A stretch of DNA of 64,000 bases. Source: Selaginella moellendorffii. Lineage: Eukaryota > Plantae > Lycopodiophyta. Under the pieces are notes generated by a model that was given only the letters and a program-made list of their open reading frames with translations, did no database searches and was not told the DNA's origin. A program made the position numbers and the translations under genes. The stretch covers positions 1,202,652-1,266,651 of the forward strand of contig NW_003314277.1 in NCBI RefSeq assembly GCF_000143415.4, in the 5' to 3' direction. Positions 1 through 14,391 of this stretch are shown here, piece by piece (position 1 is the stretch's first letter; each line of letters starts with the position of its first letter).

Positions 1-388
1 ATTTCTTTAGTAGTGTATTCAACTTCTCTGTTTGTTGTTTCTTTATTTCAATGGAAACTTGGTATAGCGCGAGAGTTAAAATGGATAAACAAATTGGTCC
101 CTTGAAAGTTTGCATCCGGGAAGTCTGATCGTGATTCATTTGACGCTTTGATTCATCCAGCAGGGTTTTGCTTCAAGTTTTCAAGAACAAACTAAAACAC
201 GAGAAGGGGACTCATGAAACAAGAATCATGATCTTAACGAGACAAAGGAAAAATTGATTGCCAATGCATGTAACAAACAAAAAGTTGTACCCGGAACAAA
301 AATACGTCTGTTGTCTTCTTGCTAGGTGCTGCTCCTATTATTTCATCGGAAAAATCAAAAATTAGTGTTGAGACCACCCTTGCTAAGC

Positions 389-3300
389 TCAAGATGTTGA
401 ATTCACCGCGTCGTGGGTATCAATCCCTCTATCTACCGCCACTGTACCCGATTCCACCGAGCCAGTCATGGAAGAAGACTTCAATCCTTTGAAGTATGTC
501 GAGTAAGGAAAGAGCTGCGCGCAGCGAGCGCGCCATCCTGTTCAGAAAGAATAACACTTAAGTCATAACGAATCCAAAACCAAATTTCGAGGCCTACTCT
601 CAGCGGCATCTGGATCATCAAGCACTGATTGTAGCTTCTTGTGCACCGTCATGCATTGCTTGAGCTCCCATTTCTCTTCGCCACTGCAAAAACGAAATCT
701 TTGATACGAGAATCCTCTGCAGTTACCACATACCTTGAATCCAAAACAATTTTTACGGAGGCATCTTTTTCGCCAGGAGATAGTAGTTGGAGGACCTCGG
801 CCGCGACGACTCTATGTAGCAGCGAATCTAAAAAATGATAGAAGGCATTAGGAAAGCTCATAGGAGATGGAATAATGATCGTACCAGTATGACAGTCCAA
901 GAAGTCCTTATTTATCTCTAACAGAGTTCTGTCCCCAAAATCCCTGCCAAGCAAAAGAAGCGACAATGAGTTTGCTTTAGACATTGAAAAACCAAGACCT
1001 TAGCAAAGATCGCTCCGCAGCGACCACTTCCCAAACAAGCTTGTCCGTAGAATCAGGTTCTGGCTTGTTGTCCACCATGTTATAAAAACGACACTGCAGA
1101 CAATTCTTCAAACATTTGTTCCGAGAACAACAAGAGAAAGAAATACCAGGCAGTGATGAATGTCAGGATGGTCACTGTTCACTCTGATGAGCCTCTTGAT
1201 AGCCTGTGGGACAGTTTAAGCCAGGATGAAAAATGTTTGCACAAACCAACCTGGAATGCCAGGAGAACTTTTTGCCGACGCATGTAAATCTCAAAAGCAA
1301 GAAGATGTGTTTCAAGCGAGTCCGGTGAGTGCATTTGCAAGAGTTTCAAATACTTCAATGCCTCGCCCAGGGGATCTTCCACCTGAAATCCAGTTCAGCA
1401 CACAGCTGAAAGCCAGTAAAAGTACTTACATGAACAAGCTGCTCGCCGTCGGGATCGTTATCAAAAGGTTTCGGCGCCTGGGTTCCTTTCTTTGCACCTT
1501 TGCTGGCATTCGACGCCTTCTCTTCCTCCTTGGCCTTCTCTGCTTCCTAATAACAGAGGACACTTGTAACCGAATGTGTCATATGGATAAAACCGACCTT
1601 TTTAGCTCGAGCTTCTGCTTTTCTGCTCTTTTGACGCAGCTTCTTCCGTTCTGAAGGAGTCAATCCAGCATTGACTGCTTCTTCTTCCTCCACCGCGGTC
1701 TTTGGTGGCGAATCATATATACATAAATAGCACCTGAATCAAGAATGTCAATATGGAGTCATCACTGAACCAAAACGGACCTGATGGCGCTGCAAGCAGC
1801 TCGGTAGAAAAAGGGAAACGAGTGCAGACGGTCTTGAAATCTCAGCATATGAACGTATGCGCGCAAAGTCATTTTACGAAGACAGTACGTGTGGAAGTCA
1901 AACTGGTCCTCCGTCATATCATTGTAATGCTTCTCCACGGCCACAAACTTTTTCAAAGCTTTGCCTAAAGCTCCTTGTCGAAAATGACTGTCTCCGGATG
2001 CCAGCTCGTACCTAAGGCGAGGACTTTTAGAGCATCTGAAACACAAAACAAATACTTACCACATGCACTGCATGTCATACAGATTGTTGTGTTGATCGCC
2101 ATCCTTGGTGAAGAGCGCGGCAGTTTTCTCGGCAAGTTCAACCTGGTCGGCTTGCAACATGCGCTTCACGCATTCGCTATTTACAAATCTGTCAGCAAGG
2201 TCCATTGTCCTTGCCTCGTCAGCTAAGGATGCCGCAGCAACGGGATCACCGGCATGCTTTAATATCCTTCCCTGCAAGAAGAGACCCGGTGAGAGCGCTT
2301 CAACTGTACCTTCCATACCTTCACAAGATATAAGTCAATTGCCGTAGGCGTATGCTTGATCGCCTCGTCTATCTTCTCCACGGCGCGTTCAACGTCCCTT
2401 TTACGGTCAAAATGCTGCAACAACTCGCATCAGAAATGCTTCTACCTGCTAAAGTACAAACCTGCGCCAACAGATAAAGTATCCACATGAAAGCAGACGG
2501 AGGTTCTTTCTCAGTGCTACAAAGAAAACGTTAAAACCCAAACGCAGAGAAAATAGTTTGGTACCTCGAGGGAAAACATCCAGTTTTTCTCAAAGAATCT
2601 TCAAACTCCAAAATGACCTCCTCTAGAATGATTGCCTGTTGCAGAAACACTATTTAGATCGAAGCAAGAGGCAAGCAAATATTTACCCGGCTTGAAGAAG
2701 AATAAAGAGGACGCAGTGCTGAAAATAGCGATGGTACTCCCTGAATCACGATTGTAAAACATTTATGATTTCACTACGGCAGGAATCATACCTTTCTTAG
2801 AAATGGTCTAATATACTTGTCTAGTGCTCTGCGGAACGAATCTCCCTCCAAAAAATCCAATGGCATGCGCTGAAGACAAAATTTCCCAGCACAAGCAACC
2901 AACCTGTCATTTAATGTTCATGTTCTTAGATTGAAAGGGGGATAGTTAGGAACATCAACCCCTTGAAAACAAAACAAGCTAGCTAGTAAAATTGAAAAAA
3001 GGTTAGGCAGTACCTTGGCAACAGCAGAATCTGGATGCTTTGTCCTAAGATCGTCGTAGAGCAGAACGAGCTTCGCAGTGTCCTCCTCCGTCCGCGCATC
3101 ATGTTGCGATATGCCAATACATTTTTGCAGGCTTTCGTGGTACCTGCATTGACACGAGTATTGAGGAGTCAGTGGATAGCAAATGTATCGACTAGCTTAC
3201 GTAGTATTGTCAGGACAGATTTCAATCAAGTTCCTGTACCCTTTCTCGGCTTCTTCAAAACGATTCAGCTTCAATAACAAACCAGCCGTCACCTCCTTTA

Positions 3301-4375
3301 CGCCAAGCTTATCAACCTGAAAATGAGAGCAATAAATGAGTGATCAATCACAAAACCGATTACACACAATTTTAGCCTGCTTATTTCTCAACTCTTCCAA
3401 CGCTTTTTCTAATGCTCCTGATTCTTCCAAAAGAGACACCTGGTAGAGGCGGCATTAGTTTCCATTCGTGTCCATAAAAACGCACCTTGTACAAAAGCAT
3501 TTCGCTATGCTCATAACGCTCGTTATCCGGAGGAAAATCTTCTTCAAGCGTCCCTTCATAAGCCTGAAGAATCTCGACAGCAATATCGGCTCTAGCACGA
3601 TTACAATATGAGCACCGTATTCCAATCAGTACAGACTACAGAATATTACCGGCTGTTTAAATGCTGCGCAATGGCGAAACATATCCAGTTGTTCCGATGG
3701 TTAGGCTTTAAAGTTAGCAGCTGCCTCCTTGTTTCCACAAAGCCGTCGAGGTCCCTCATTTGCACCTGGCACAGAACAATTGTAACAAAACTGTCTTGAG
3801 GCAAAGCCTCTACACTACTTACTTGCAGCAGAGACAGATCCCTGAGTATCTGAATGGGCTTGTTCTCCGGATCTATTCTAAGCGCATTGCGGTAGCATTT
3901 TATAGCTTCGCGGTATTCCCTGTCGGAGCGGTAGAGAAGGCCATAGACATGCCAGCAAACATGGCTCTTCACATCGTTCTGATACCAAACATTGTTCTAT
4001 ATCATGTATATATCAGATTACAGAAAAACAGTACCTTCAATCCTTTGCGAACCAGCTCGTAAGCCTCGGTCTTTCGATCCATACAATTTAGCGTCAATCC
4101 TTTCATCGCCAAAGTCTCTGTTTTGAGAGCATAACAAAGAAGAAAAAAATTAGATACTAAAACTCGCAGAGAAGAAACTCTACCTCCATGCTCCGGAAAT
4201 TTTTTGAGAATCTGGTCAGCTGCCTTGAGGCCTTTCTTGTACTGCTTCGTCTCATAGGATTTCTGGATAGAGGAAGAGAAAATCGCTTAAACCCTAAACC
4301 TCCCAGAGAATTTCTTCCACTTACGACAATGAGCTTGAAGAGATTTGCCTCCTTGGGAGGCAATGACGTTCCCAT
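389..4375 (-). CDS. NAA15: N-terminal acetyltransferase A auxiliary subunit (multi-exon)
   Basis: Exon peptides [92 protein letters not shown] and [14 protein letters not shown]; many short GT-AG introns; ATG at 4375, TGA at 389-391. Confidence 0.95.
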
Positions 4376-4558
4376 TGCGCGCTCCACCGGTCGACGCTCG
4401 CGCGCCTATAATTTTGCGCAGCGAGCAGCAGCAAATAGCAGTAGAAAGACACGCCGTCGCCTCACGCCGGCACGGCTTAGGAAAAAACCCTAGCTACTGA
4501 GACTCAAGAGCCCTAAAAATCATTTGGAAGAAAAGAGAAACCCAATTAGGGCTTTTAG
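4376..4558. promoter_or_regulatory. Bidirectional promoter between NAA15 and UCH3 with telo-box motifs
   Basis: 183 bp between divergent ATGs; AAACCCTAG at ~4485-4493 plus related cccta/taggg motifs. Confidence 0.6.
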
Positions 4559-5806
4559 ATGGCTGACGAAGCTCCCGTGGCCAAGCGATGGCTGCCGCTC
4601 GAGGCCAATCCCGACATCATGAATCAGGTGAGACGCGCATTGCATTTTTCTCGATTCGATCGGGATCGGCGCGATTGCGGCAGCTCAAGAAATTTTGGTT
4701 TTGATTTTCCTCTCTTGCAGTTTTGCCACAGCCTTGGATTGAGCGAAGCTGCTGCTTTCTACGATGTCTATGGCTTTGATGACGATCTGCTGGCTATGGT
4801 TCCGGCGCCTGTGCTCGCCGTGCTCTTTCTTTACCCGATCAATGCCGAGGTAAGCAGAAAATATGTTTTTTTGGGGATTTTTGAGTTTAATTCTTTGCTG
4901 GTCCATTCTTTTGCAGTCGGAAGCTGCGAGTAAATCCCAGGAAGAAAAACTTCGTCGAGAGGGACAGAAGTTTAGTCTTTGTTTTTCTTTCTTTGTTCTT
5001 GTTGATAGAGGAACTCATCTCGTTTCCTATTTTTCTTTCCTTGTAACAGGTGAGCGAGAGCGTTTATTTCATGAAACAGACAGTCGGGAATGCTTGTGGC
5101 ACCATCGGTCTGCTACATGCGATTGGAAACAACACTTCTCAAATTCAGCACGGCAAGTCCCCTCTATATCGATCATCTCTAGTTTTACAGTACTAAAATC
5201 TTTCCAGCAGAGGGGTCGTACTTCAAACGTTTTTTTGAGTCGACCAGCAAGTTATCTCCTTCTGAAGTACATTGGCATGATTGAGTTCTTCCTTATTGAT
5301 TTTTTTTTTTTCTTTTTTTTGTTTGTTTTAGAGAGCGAGCTATCTCGAAAACGATAGGGAACTCGAGGGTGCTCACTGCGTCGCAGCAGCTGCCGGAGAC
5401 ACTGCGGTAATTAATTCATCAAAGTTTCGATCTTTCTTGTCATTGAAACATCGGTTTTTTTCAGCCTCCAGCGATTGACACTCCAGTGAACCTGCATTTC
5501 ATTTGCTTTGTCTGCGTGGATGGTACGCGCAAACTCCGCTAAAAATATCTCAACTTATTTCATTCTCTTGTCTAGGTGGTCTCTACGAGCTAGATGGCCG
5601 TAAAGAACAACCAGTCTACCATGGCCCTTCCTCTCCATCATCAGTGCTCAAGGTAACAAAACCTTGTGATCACATCATACAAGTTCTCTAGACACTCTTC
5701 TCTCCAGGATTCCGTGAAAGTCATCCAAAACTTCATCTCCATGAACCCCGGATCGCTAGACTTCAACGTCATTTCTCTCTCCAAGACCGAGAATCCGGAA
5801 ACTTAG
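4559..5806 (+). CDS. UCH3: Ubiquitin C-terminal hydrolase, UCHL3/UCH3 family (multi-exon)
   Basis: [42 protein letters not shown], catalytic [23 protein letters not shown] and LYELDGRK; stop TAG 5804-5806. Confidence 0.93.
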
Positions 5807-5865
5807 CACCAGCGTAAGCAAAGTGCTTAGTTTTACAGTCTTCAGGGAAAAGAGAACAAGATCTT

Positions 5866-7230
5866 TCAATGCAAAGGAAAGTTTTGTCCATCTCTTCTCG
5901 AGTGCAAGCACAGATCCTTGGGCGACATCCCGTCCCAAATCTCCCACCCTCGCTGGAACTCCTCATTCTGCTCGATACAGTCCGCCAGCGACGCGTTGCC
6001 GAGCCTCATCCGAATCTCCGCGGCCTCCCTCCCGGAGGCCCTGTCAAACACCGCCTCCCAGCCATCCTCCCACGCCTGCTTCGACGCATCGCACAGCTCC
6101 AGCGTCACTCCATCCGTGGGAATCCACCCGGACCTGTCCACGCTCCACCACCCCGTGTTCCTGTACAGCTTCCTCACGATCCGGTTGGACTCTCGTTGCC
6201 CGGCCTTGGGAGTGCACGGTCTGCAGTAAGCTCCGTTGAGAGGACCTTTGCTGAGGATGGACGCCACTGGGGTCTCGAGCACCGGCCAGGGGAAGTTCCG
6301 GTGGCTCAAGATGCAAAACGGCAGCATCTCTTTCGCCACCCGGATGCCCGAGACACGGAGGTGGACCTCGAACACGCGCTCCGAGTGGATGTTGCGGTAG
6401 CCTTGCGCGTGGAGACTGGGGAGGATGCTGAGCCGGTTGATGGTGGCCATGGTCGTCTGCCGGTCCCCAGCACCGAGCCTGTCGTTGAGACCGCCAAAGT
6501 CGTAACCATACGGCACCGTGTAGACTCCGGGACGAAAGATGGTGGCCGGGAGTGGCGCGGTCCAGTAGCCGTCCAGCCTTGTCCTCACGATCCATTTGTA
6601 CTGGAAGCCGTGCATCTTTTCGTAGGCCACGATGAGCTGCATGCAGCCTTCGACCAGGCTGAAGTACTGCAGGAGGCCCTGAGAAAGCAAGAGTTTTTGA
6701 GAAGGCAAGAACAAAGTTCCTCGTTTTCCACTTACTTGGACGCCGTTTGGAGAGCTTTTCGACTTGAGCAGCTCCTTGTGCATCGTGCTCTCGAGCATGT
6801 CATACGCCCTGAAGATCCTGGCGATCCGGAAGCGGGCGTTGACCCCGAGCAGTGCGATCTTCCAGGTGTTCTCGTCCAGCGGGACATTGAGGAAGATATC
6901 AGCGTCCTTGTGTGCGTCGATGACGAACTTCCGGATGCTCGGACCGGTTAGCTCGAAGTGTCGCAGCTGTCCCAACAGGCAAATCGCAACACGGGAGGCA
7001 TTGCCATCGTGGTCGCTGCTGCTGCTGCCGCTGCTGCTTCCCGGTGCTGAAACGCGAGTAGCGACCTGGAATGAAAAACGAAGAGAGAAAGGATTAGAAT
7101 CGCATTGTCAATAAGTTTAATAAGAGTCTACCTTTGGAGGAGAGTAGTGCTGCTGAAAAGTGTCAAATGCCACCCGACCAATCGTAAACAAGAATATGAA
7201 TCCCAAAAGAACAAAACGCTCTGGATACAT
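5866..7230 (-). CDS. Uncharacterised plant type II membrane protein (DUF7796-like, putative glycosyltransferase-like fold)
   Basis: N-terminal anchor MYPERFVLLGFIFLFTIG; intron ~7066-7131; RVAICLLGQLRHFELTGPSI, GLLQYFSLVEGC, WIVRTRLDGYW, GGLNDRLG and GPLNGAYCRPC motifs; 57-nt in-frame intron ~6681-6737. Confidence 0.75.
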
Positions 7231-7384
7231 TGCCTCATCACATACGGTGGTTGTGCGTCGTAGGATATTCCTTCACAACCGCCGGAACCATGCGGCCGCC
7301 GACGTGGGAAGGAGAATCTATTATCACTTGTTTGTTTAACTCTTGCTTTCAGCCGAATTATCAATAGCTTCTGCTGAAAAGGCC

Positions 7385-10082
<2,698 letters not shown>

Positions 10083-10404
10083 TGGCGATATATCATCGCC
10101 CGCTCTACGATCCAGTGATGAATCCGGGCCTAAATCGTCGCGTATCGCCAGATCTAGAGCTGCGACGCGACAGAAAAGCGCTGTGAGCCTAGATCTGGCA
10201 CGGAGAGAGCCTACCGCAAGGATACCGCCTCGCCGTTGCCGCACGCCCAATCGATCCACGTACCTCGCACAACCACAATCCCTAACCCTAGTCCAGGAAT
10301 AAGAGAAAAATGGGGGAAGGGAAGGAAAAAAAGGGAAGATCTCCATTTCATCCGTACATTCCATCCGTATAAATAGGGTTAAAAAATATTTCCGATCGAT
10401 CGTG

Positions 10405-10821
10405 CTATAGCGGCGGCGAGCAGAGAAATCCGGGGCGCGATCGCGCGACCTTGCATTGGAATGGGATGCGCAGCGCCGCGGGTATGTTGATCAATCCTCC
10501 ATCTCCCATGACGCGGAGGAAGATCTCCTTCCACCCCACGGGGCCGACGGCGCAGCTACACACGGCCTCGGTGGTGAGCGACCACAGCGCGCTGCAGCAC
10601 TCGGCGCTGGGGGCCGGCGGCAAGATCCCGTAGAGCGACGCGGAGCACGGGACCAGCTCTTCGCGCAGCTGGAGGCATCGATCGCCGTCGGGGATGGCGG
10701 GATTGGTGACGCTGCCTCCTCCTTTCTCGCCAAAGTGGCCCATGGCGCATTGGATTGTTCCAGCTCCCAGGAGCAACACAAGGATCGACCATGAGGTAGC
10801 GTTCGTTTCCCTGTGATCCAT
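10405..10821 (-). CDS. Secreted eight-cysteine (nsLTP/seed storage/protease inhibitor-like) protein, intronless
   Basis: Signal peptide plus C-x9-C ... CC ... CxC ... C ... C pattern. Confidence 0.75.
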   Translation of the reverse strand: MDHRETNATSWSILVLLLGAGTIQCAMGHFGEKGGGSVTNPAIPDGDRCLQLREELVPCSASLYGILPPAPSAECCSALWSLTTEAVCSCAVGPVGWKEIFLRVMGDGGLINIPAALRIPFQCKVARSRPGFLCSPPL

Positions 10822-11274
10822 CGTATGCTTTCCTTCTTTCCTTCTTTAGCGATTGTGTGTATACTTGAGAGGAGGAGTTTGAAAAAGAGATAGAGAGACA
10901 GGAGAGAATGCTAGTGGTGAGCTGGCTTATAAGTAGATCTTTCGTTGGAAGTTTTGGCTTTTATTTCTCTTTGTTGTCATCTTGCTCGAGAGTTTCTGGT
11001 TCCAAGTTGGTTGCTCACGCAGCATTCTTTGCTCATCGTTTAGAGATTGTTTAGTACTCGCAGCGATCAAATTGTTAAGATAGCCTTCATGCGGATTGAG
11101 AGTTAGGCAAAGTGGTGCTAACCAAAAAAGAGTATTATAATACTTTTGCAGCAGCGATGTGCGACGGATTCGGCAATCTTTCCATTGTGCGGTACGCAAC
11201 GAACTCAAGTTGTTAGAGAAAGAATAAGTGTTTCCCAATTTTTCGACAAACGATACAAGGCTTGGGAAGTAAGT

Positions 11275-11507
11275 GAAGATATCAGCGACCTCTTAGCTCC
11301 GAGAAAAGATACTCTACAACAGTATGTGATTTGATTTGAGAAGGTACTTGTTTTGATCCTTTTTTCTCAGGACAAACCACTGGTGGAAGACTTGCAACAT
11401 ACAAAACTCGGGATTTAATGAAGATTATCAGCGACCTCTTAGCTCCCGAGAGCTGGTCTCACAAATACTGTAGTATGTGATTCGACTAAAGCTTGAGAAG
11501 GTACTTG
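11275..11507. repeat. Imperfect direct duplication of ~75-85 bp
   Basis: tgaagat(t)atcagcgacctcttagctcc...agtatgtgatt...ttgagaaggtacttg at ~11275-11350 and ~11419-11507. Confidence 0.8.
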
Positions 11508-11523
11508 GATGGCTTATAGATGT

Positions 11524-14232
11524 TTATCCTATACCAGAAAGAGCTAATCCATTTCCTTCTTCCAGACCACCAACGCACACATTCCAGACGAGTCTATACG
11601 GCCCAGAGTGCTTCGGACACAGATCCATCACCTGATCCCCAACGCTAGCTCCACGCCCGCCATCGCCTTGCGTCTTACAAGAGCTCAGCAGCGAAGTCCA
11701 CGCGATATCATTCGGCTCATACGGCATCGCTTCGAGCAACTCTTGCGCCAGCAAAAGCTGCCCAGTCCGTCCCAAGATATCCACCAGGCACACGTAGTTA
11801 TCCAAGATCGGAGACAAACCATAGTCGCCAACCATGGACACGAAGAACAGCCACGAGTGATACAAGAACCCGCCGTGACTGCAAGCCGAGAGCAAGTTCA
11901 CGACCGTGATCTCTGTCGGCATCACACCACTCTGCACCATCTCCGTGAAGAGCTCCAAGCTTCTCCAGGGACGCCCGGACTGGGCATAGGCGCTGATCAT
12001 GATACTCCACGCCACCACCGTCTTCCTCTCGCCAAGATCATCGAAAACTCTCTCCGCGATCGCAAGACTGCCACACTTCTCGAAGAGATTCAAGAGTCCC
12101 ACCGCGACTTGGGTGTCACTGCTGTATCCACTCTCGATCGCCTTGGCGTGGATCGTTCGGGCCTCCGCGGCGGTGATCCCCCCAGCGCAGGCCTCGAGCG
12201 CTTTGAGATACGTGATCTTGTTTGGTCGCTGGCCGAGGAGATCCATGGCTTTGAAGAGATAGTGAGCTTCGCGACGATGCCCGCTATAGGCATACGCGGA
12301 GATCATTCCAGTCCAGGAGATCACATTCCGCTCCGGCATCTGATCGAAGAGCTCTCGCGCTGGATCGCTGTGGCCGAACTGCGCGTATCCAGTGATCATA
12401 GCGTTCCAGGCCGCGAGGTCGCGGAGTGGAAGAAGATCAAATACAACTCTCGCGGCATCCAAATGCCCGGAGAGAGCATTTGCGGATAGGATCGCAGTCC
12501 AGGCCAGGATGTTCTTCGCGACGATGGCGTGGAACGCCGCGTCCGCCTCTTGGGCGCGCTCGCACCTCCCAAACATCATCACCAGGGACGTCCCGACGTG
12601 AACATCGCCCGCAAAGCACGAATCGACGATGCAAGCGTGCACGACGCGGCCGAATTCGATCGAGGCGAGCGACGAGCACGCGTCCAGGATCGAGAGAAAC
12701 GTCACGCGATTGGGCTGTATGCCATCTAGATCCATGATCCGGAAGCCTGCCAGCGCCTCCTCCTCGCGATCGCACAGCACCAGCGCGAGCATCACCGCGT
12801 TCCTTGACACCACATCGCCCTCCTCCATCGCCGCGAACAATCGCTCGACGCTGGCGACATTGGCGTCGTGGGCGTCGGCGATGAGCACCGTGTTCCAGCC
12901 CACCAGATCCCTCTCGGGCATCCGATCGAGCAGCTTCTCGCCGTGGCGGGGATGCCCATTCTGGGCATACGCCGCGATCATCAGGTTCCACGAGAGGAGG
13001 GATCTCTGGGGCGTCGAATCAAACACCGCTCTCGCCTCCTCCACGCCGCCACACTTCCCATACATCGCGATGAGCCCATTCGCGACGATCAAATTCTCCT
13101 CCATCCTCGCCGTGGCGATCCGGCGATGGATCTTCCGGCCCTCCGCGAGATCGCCCAGCGCGCCGCAGGCCTCGAGCGCGCTCACGAACACGCATTTGTC
13201 CGGCCGGATCCCATCGCCTTCCATCGCATCGAACACTTCCAGCGCCTTCGCGGGATCTCCACTCTGATTGTAAGCCGCGATCATCGTCCCCCACGAAACG
13301 CTGTTGCGATCTTCCATGCCCAAGAACAGCTCCTCGGCGTCGCGCAAATGCCCGTTCTGGGCAAGCGCTGCGACGAGCGCGGTCGCGCACACGACATTCC
13401 TTTCCGGAATCCGGCGGAAGATCTCCACCGCCCAGTCGAGCTGCGCATTCTGCGCGTACGCCGTGATCATGGCTGTCCACGTCACCATGTTGCGCTCTTC
13501 CATCCGATCGAACATCTCTTTCGAGCGCTCCAATCGCCGGCACTTGCCGTACATGCTAGCCAGCGCGGTGGCCACCGCGTAGTGCATCTCTGTACCGCTC
13601 TCCCGGGCCTCCACGTGGACGGCGATGCCGTGATCGATTCTCCGCAAGCTCGAGCACGCATCGATGACGCTCACGAAGGTGATGGTGTCGGCGCGGATCC
13701 CATCCAGATCCATGAGCGCGAAGAGCTGGATCGCGGTGGCGGCGGCGCCGTTCTGCGAGTGAGCGGTGATGAGCGCCGTCCAGGAGATCACGCTCCTGTC
13801 GCTGGGCGGCATCTGATCGAAGGTGATCCTGGCCTGCTGCAAATGCCCGTTCTGGGCAAATGCCGCGACCATGATGTTCCACGAGTAGCAGTTCCTCGCC
13901 GGGATGGAATCGAAGACGCGGCTGGCATCCGCGACGCAGCCGAATCGCCCAAACATCTGGACGAGGAGATTGAGGAGGAAGGAGTCGCGGCATCCGTGCT
14001 TGGAGATGTGGGCGTGGACGCGCCGGCCCTCGGGTACTGCCCGCGCGAGCGTGCATTGGCGGATGAGGACGGCATAGGTATCCGCGTCGGCCGCGCGATC
14101 GAGGGCTTCCAGGCGATCCAATTCCCTTCTCACGGCGTCGCCGGATCCAGATCCCGCGACGCTGCCCCTGTGTAGAAGAGGCTTCTTGTGAGGCCTGCGA
14201 CTGCATTGGTGCAGCGCAAGCGTCCTTCTCAT
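11524..14232 (-). CDS. PLS-class pentatricopeptide repeat protein with E domain, no DYW, intronless
   Basis: 902-aa ORF with repeated 'A..VFD.MPERNVVSW..MI.AYAQNG' motifs; LLSACSHGG; E-domain YVCLVDILGRTGQL...MPYEPNDIAWTSLLSSC. Confidence 0.95.
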   Translation of the reverse strand: MRRTLALHQCSRRPHKKPLLHRGSVAGSGSGDAVRRELDRLEALDRAADADTYAVLIRQCTLARAVPEGRRVHAHISKHGCRDSFLLNLLVQMFGRFGCVADASRVFDSIPARNCYSWNIMVAAFAQNGHLQQARITFDQMPPSDRSVISWTALITAHSQNGAAATAIQLFALMDLDGIRADTITFVSVIDACSSLRRIDHGIAVHVEARESGTEMHYAVATALASMYGKCRRLERSKEMFDRMEERNMVTWTAMITAYAQNAQLDWAVEIFRRIPERNVVCATALVAALAQNGHLRDAEELFLGMEDRNSVSWGTMIAAYNQSGDPAKALEVFDAMEGDGIRPDKCVFVSALEACGALGDLAEGRKIHRRIATARMEENLIVANGLIAMYGKCGGVEEARAVFDSTPQRSLLSWNLMIAAYAQNGHPRHGEKLLDRMPERDLVGWNTVLIADAHDANVASVERLFAAMEEGDVVSRNAVMLALVLCDREEEALAGFRIMDLDGIQPNRVTFLSILDACSSLASIEFGRVVHACIVDSCFAGDVHVGTSLVMMFGRCERAQEADAAFHAIVAKNILAWTAILSANALSGHLDAARVVFDLLPLRDLAAWNAMITGYAQFGHSDPARELFDQMPERNVISWTGMISAYAYSGHRREAHYLFKAMDLLGQRPNKITYLKALEACAGGITAAEARTIHAKAIESGYSSDTQVAVGLLNLFEKCGSLAIAERVFDDLGERKTVVAWSIMISAYAQSGRPWRSLELFTEMVQSGVMPTEITVVNLLSACSHGGFLYHSWLFFVSMVGDYGLSPILDNYVCLVDILGRTGQLLLAQELLEAMPYEPNDIAWTSLLSSCKTQGDGGRGASVGDQVMDLCPKHSGPYRLVWNVCVGGLEEGNGLALSGIG

Positions 14233-14391
14233 GCCATTGGAGATAAACCCTAAACCCTTGCAAGAAGAAGGAGAATCTCAAGAATATTCGATAAAGTGGA
14301 CCATATTCGATAAACCTACATTTTTTGTTTATTCCAAATATTTAGAATATTCTTCTAAAAGAACTAGGGTTTAACGGACAAGCGCAATGCG
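14233..14391. promoter_or_regulatory. Bidirectional promoter between the PPR gene and SHOC1
   Basis: 159 bp between divergent ATGs; telo-boxes (aaaccctaaaccc, ctagggttt) and two copies of atattcgataaa. Confidence 0.55.

Noticed and set aside
5869-6951. 360-aa antisense ORF
   Set aside because: Mirror frame of the GC-rich DUF7796-like gene
11608-14281. Long alternative-frame and antisense ORFs over the PPR gene (e.g. 12868-14175 +)
   Set aside because: Expected shadow ORFs of a GC-rich coding sequence; no recognisable motifs
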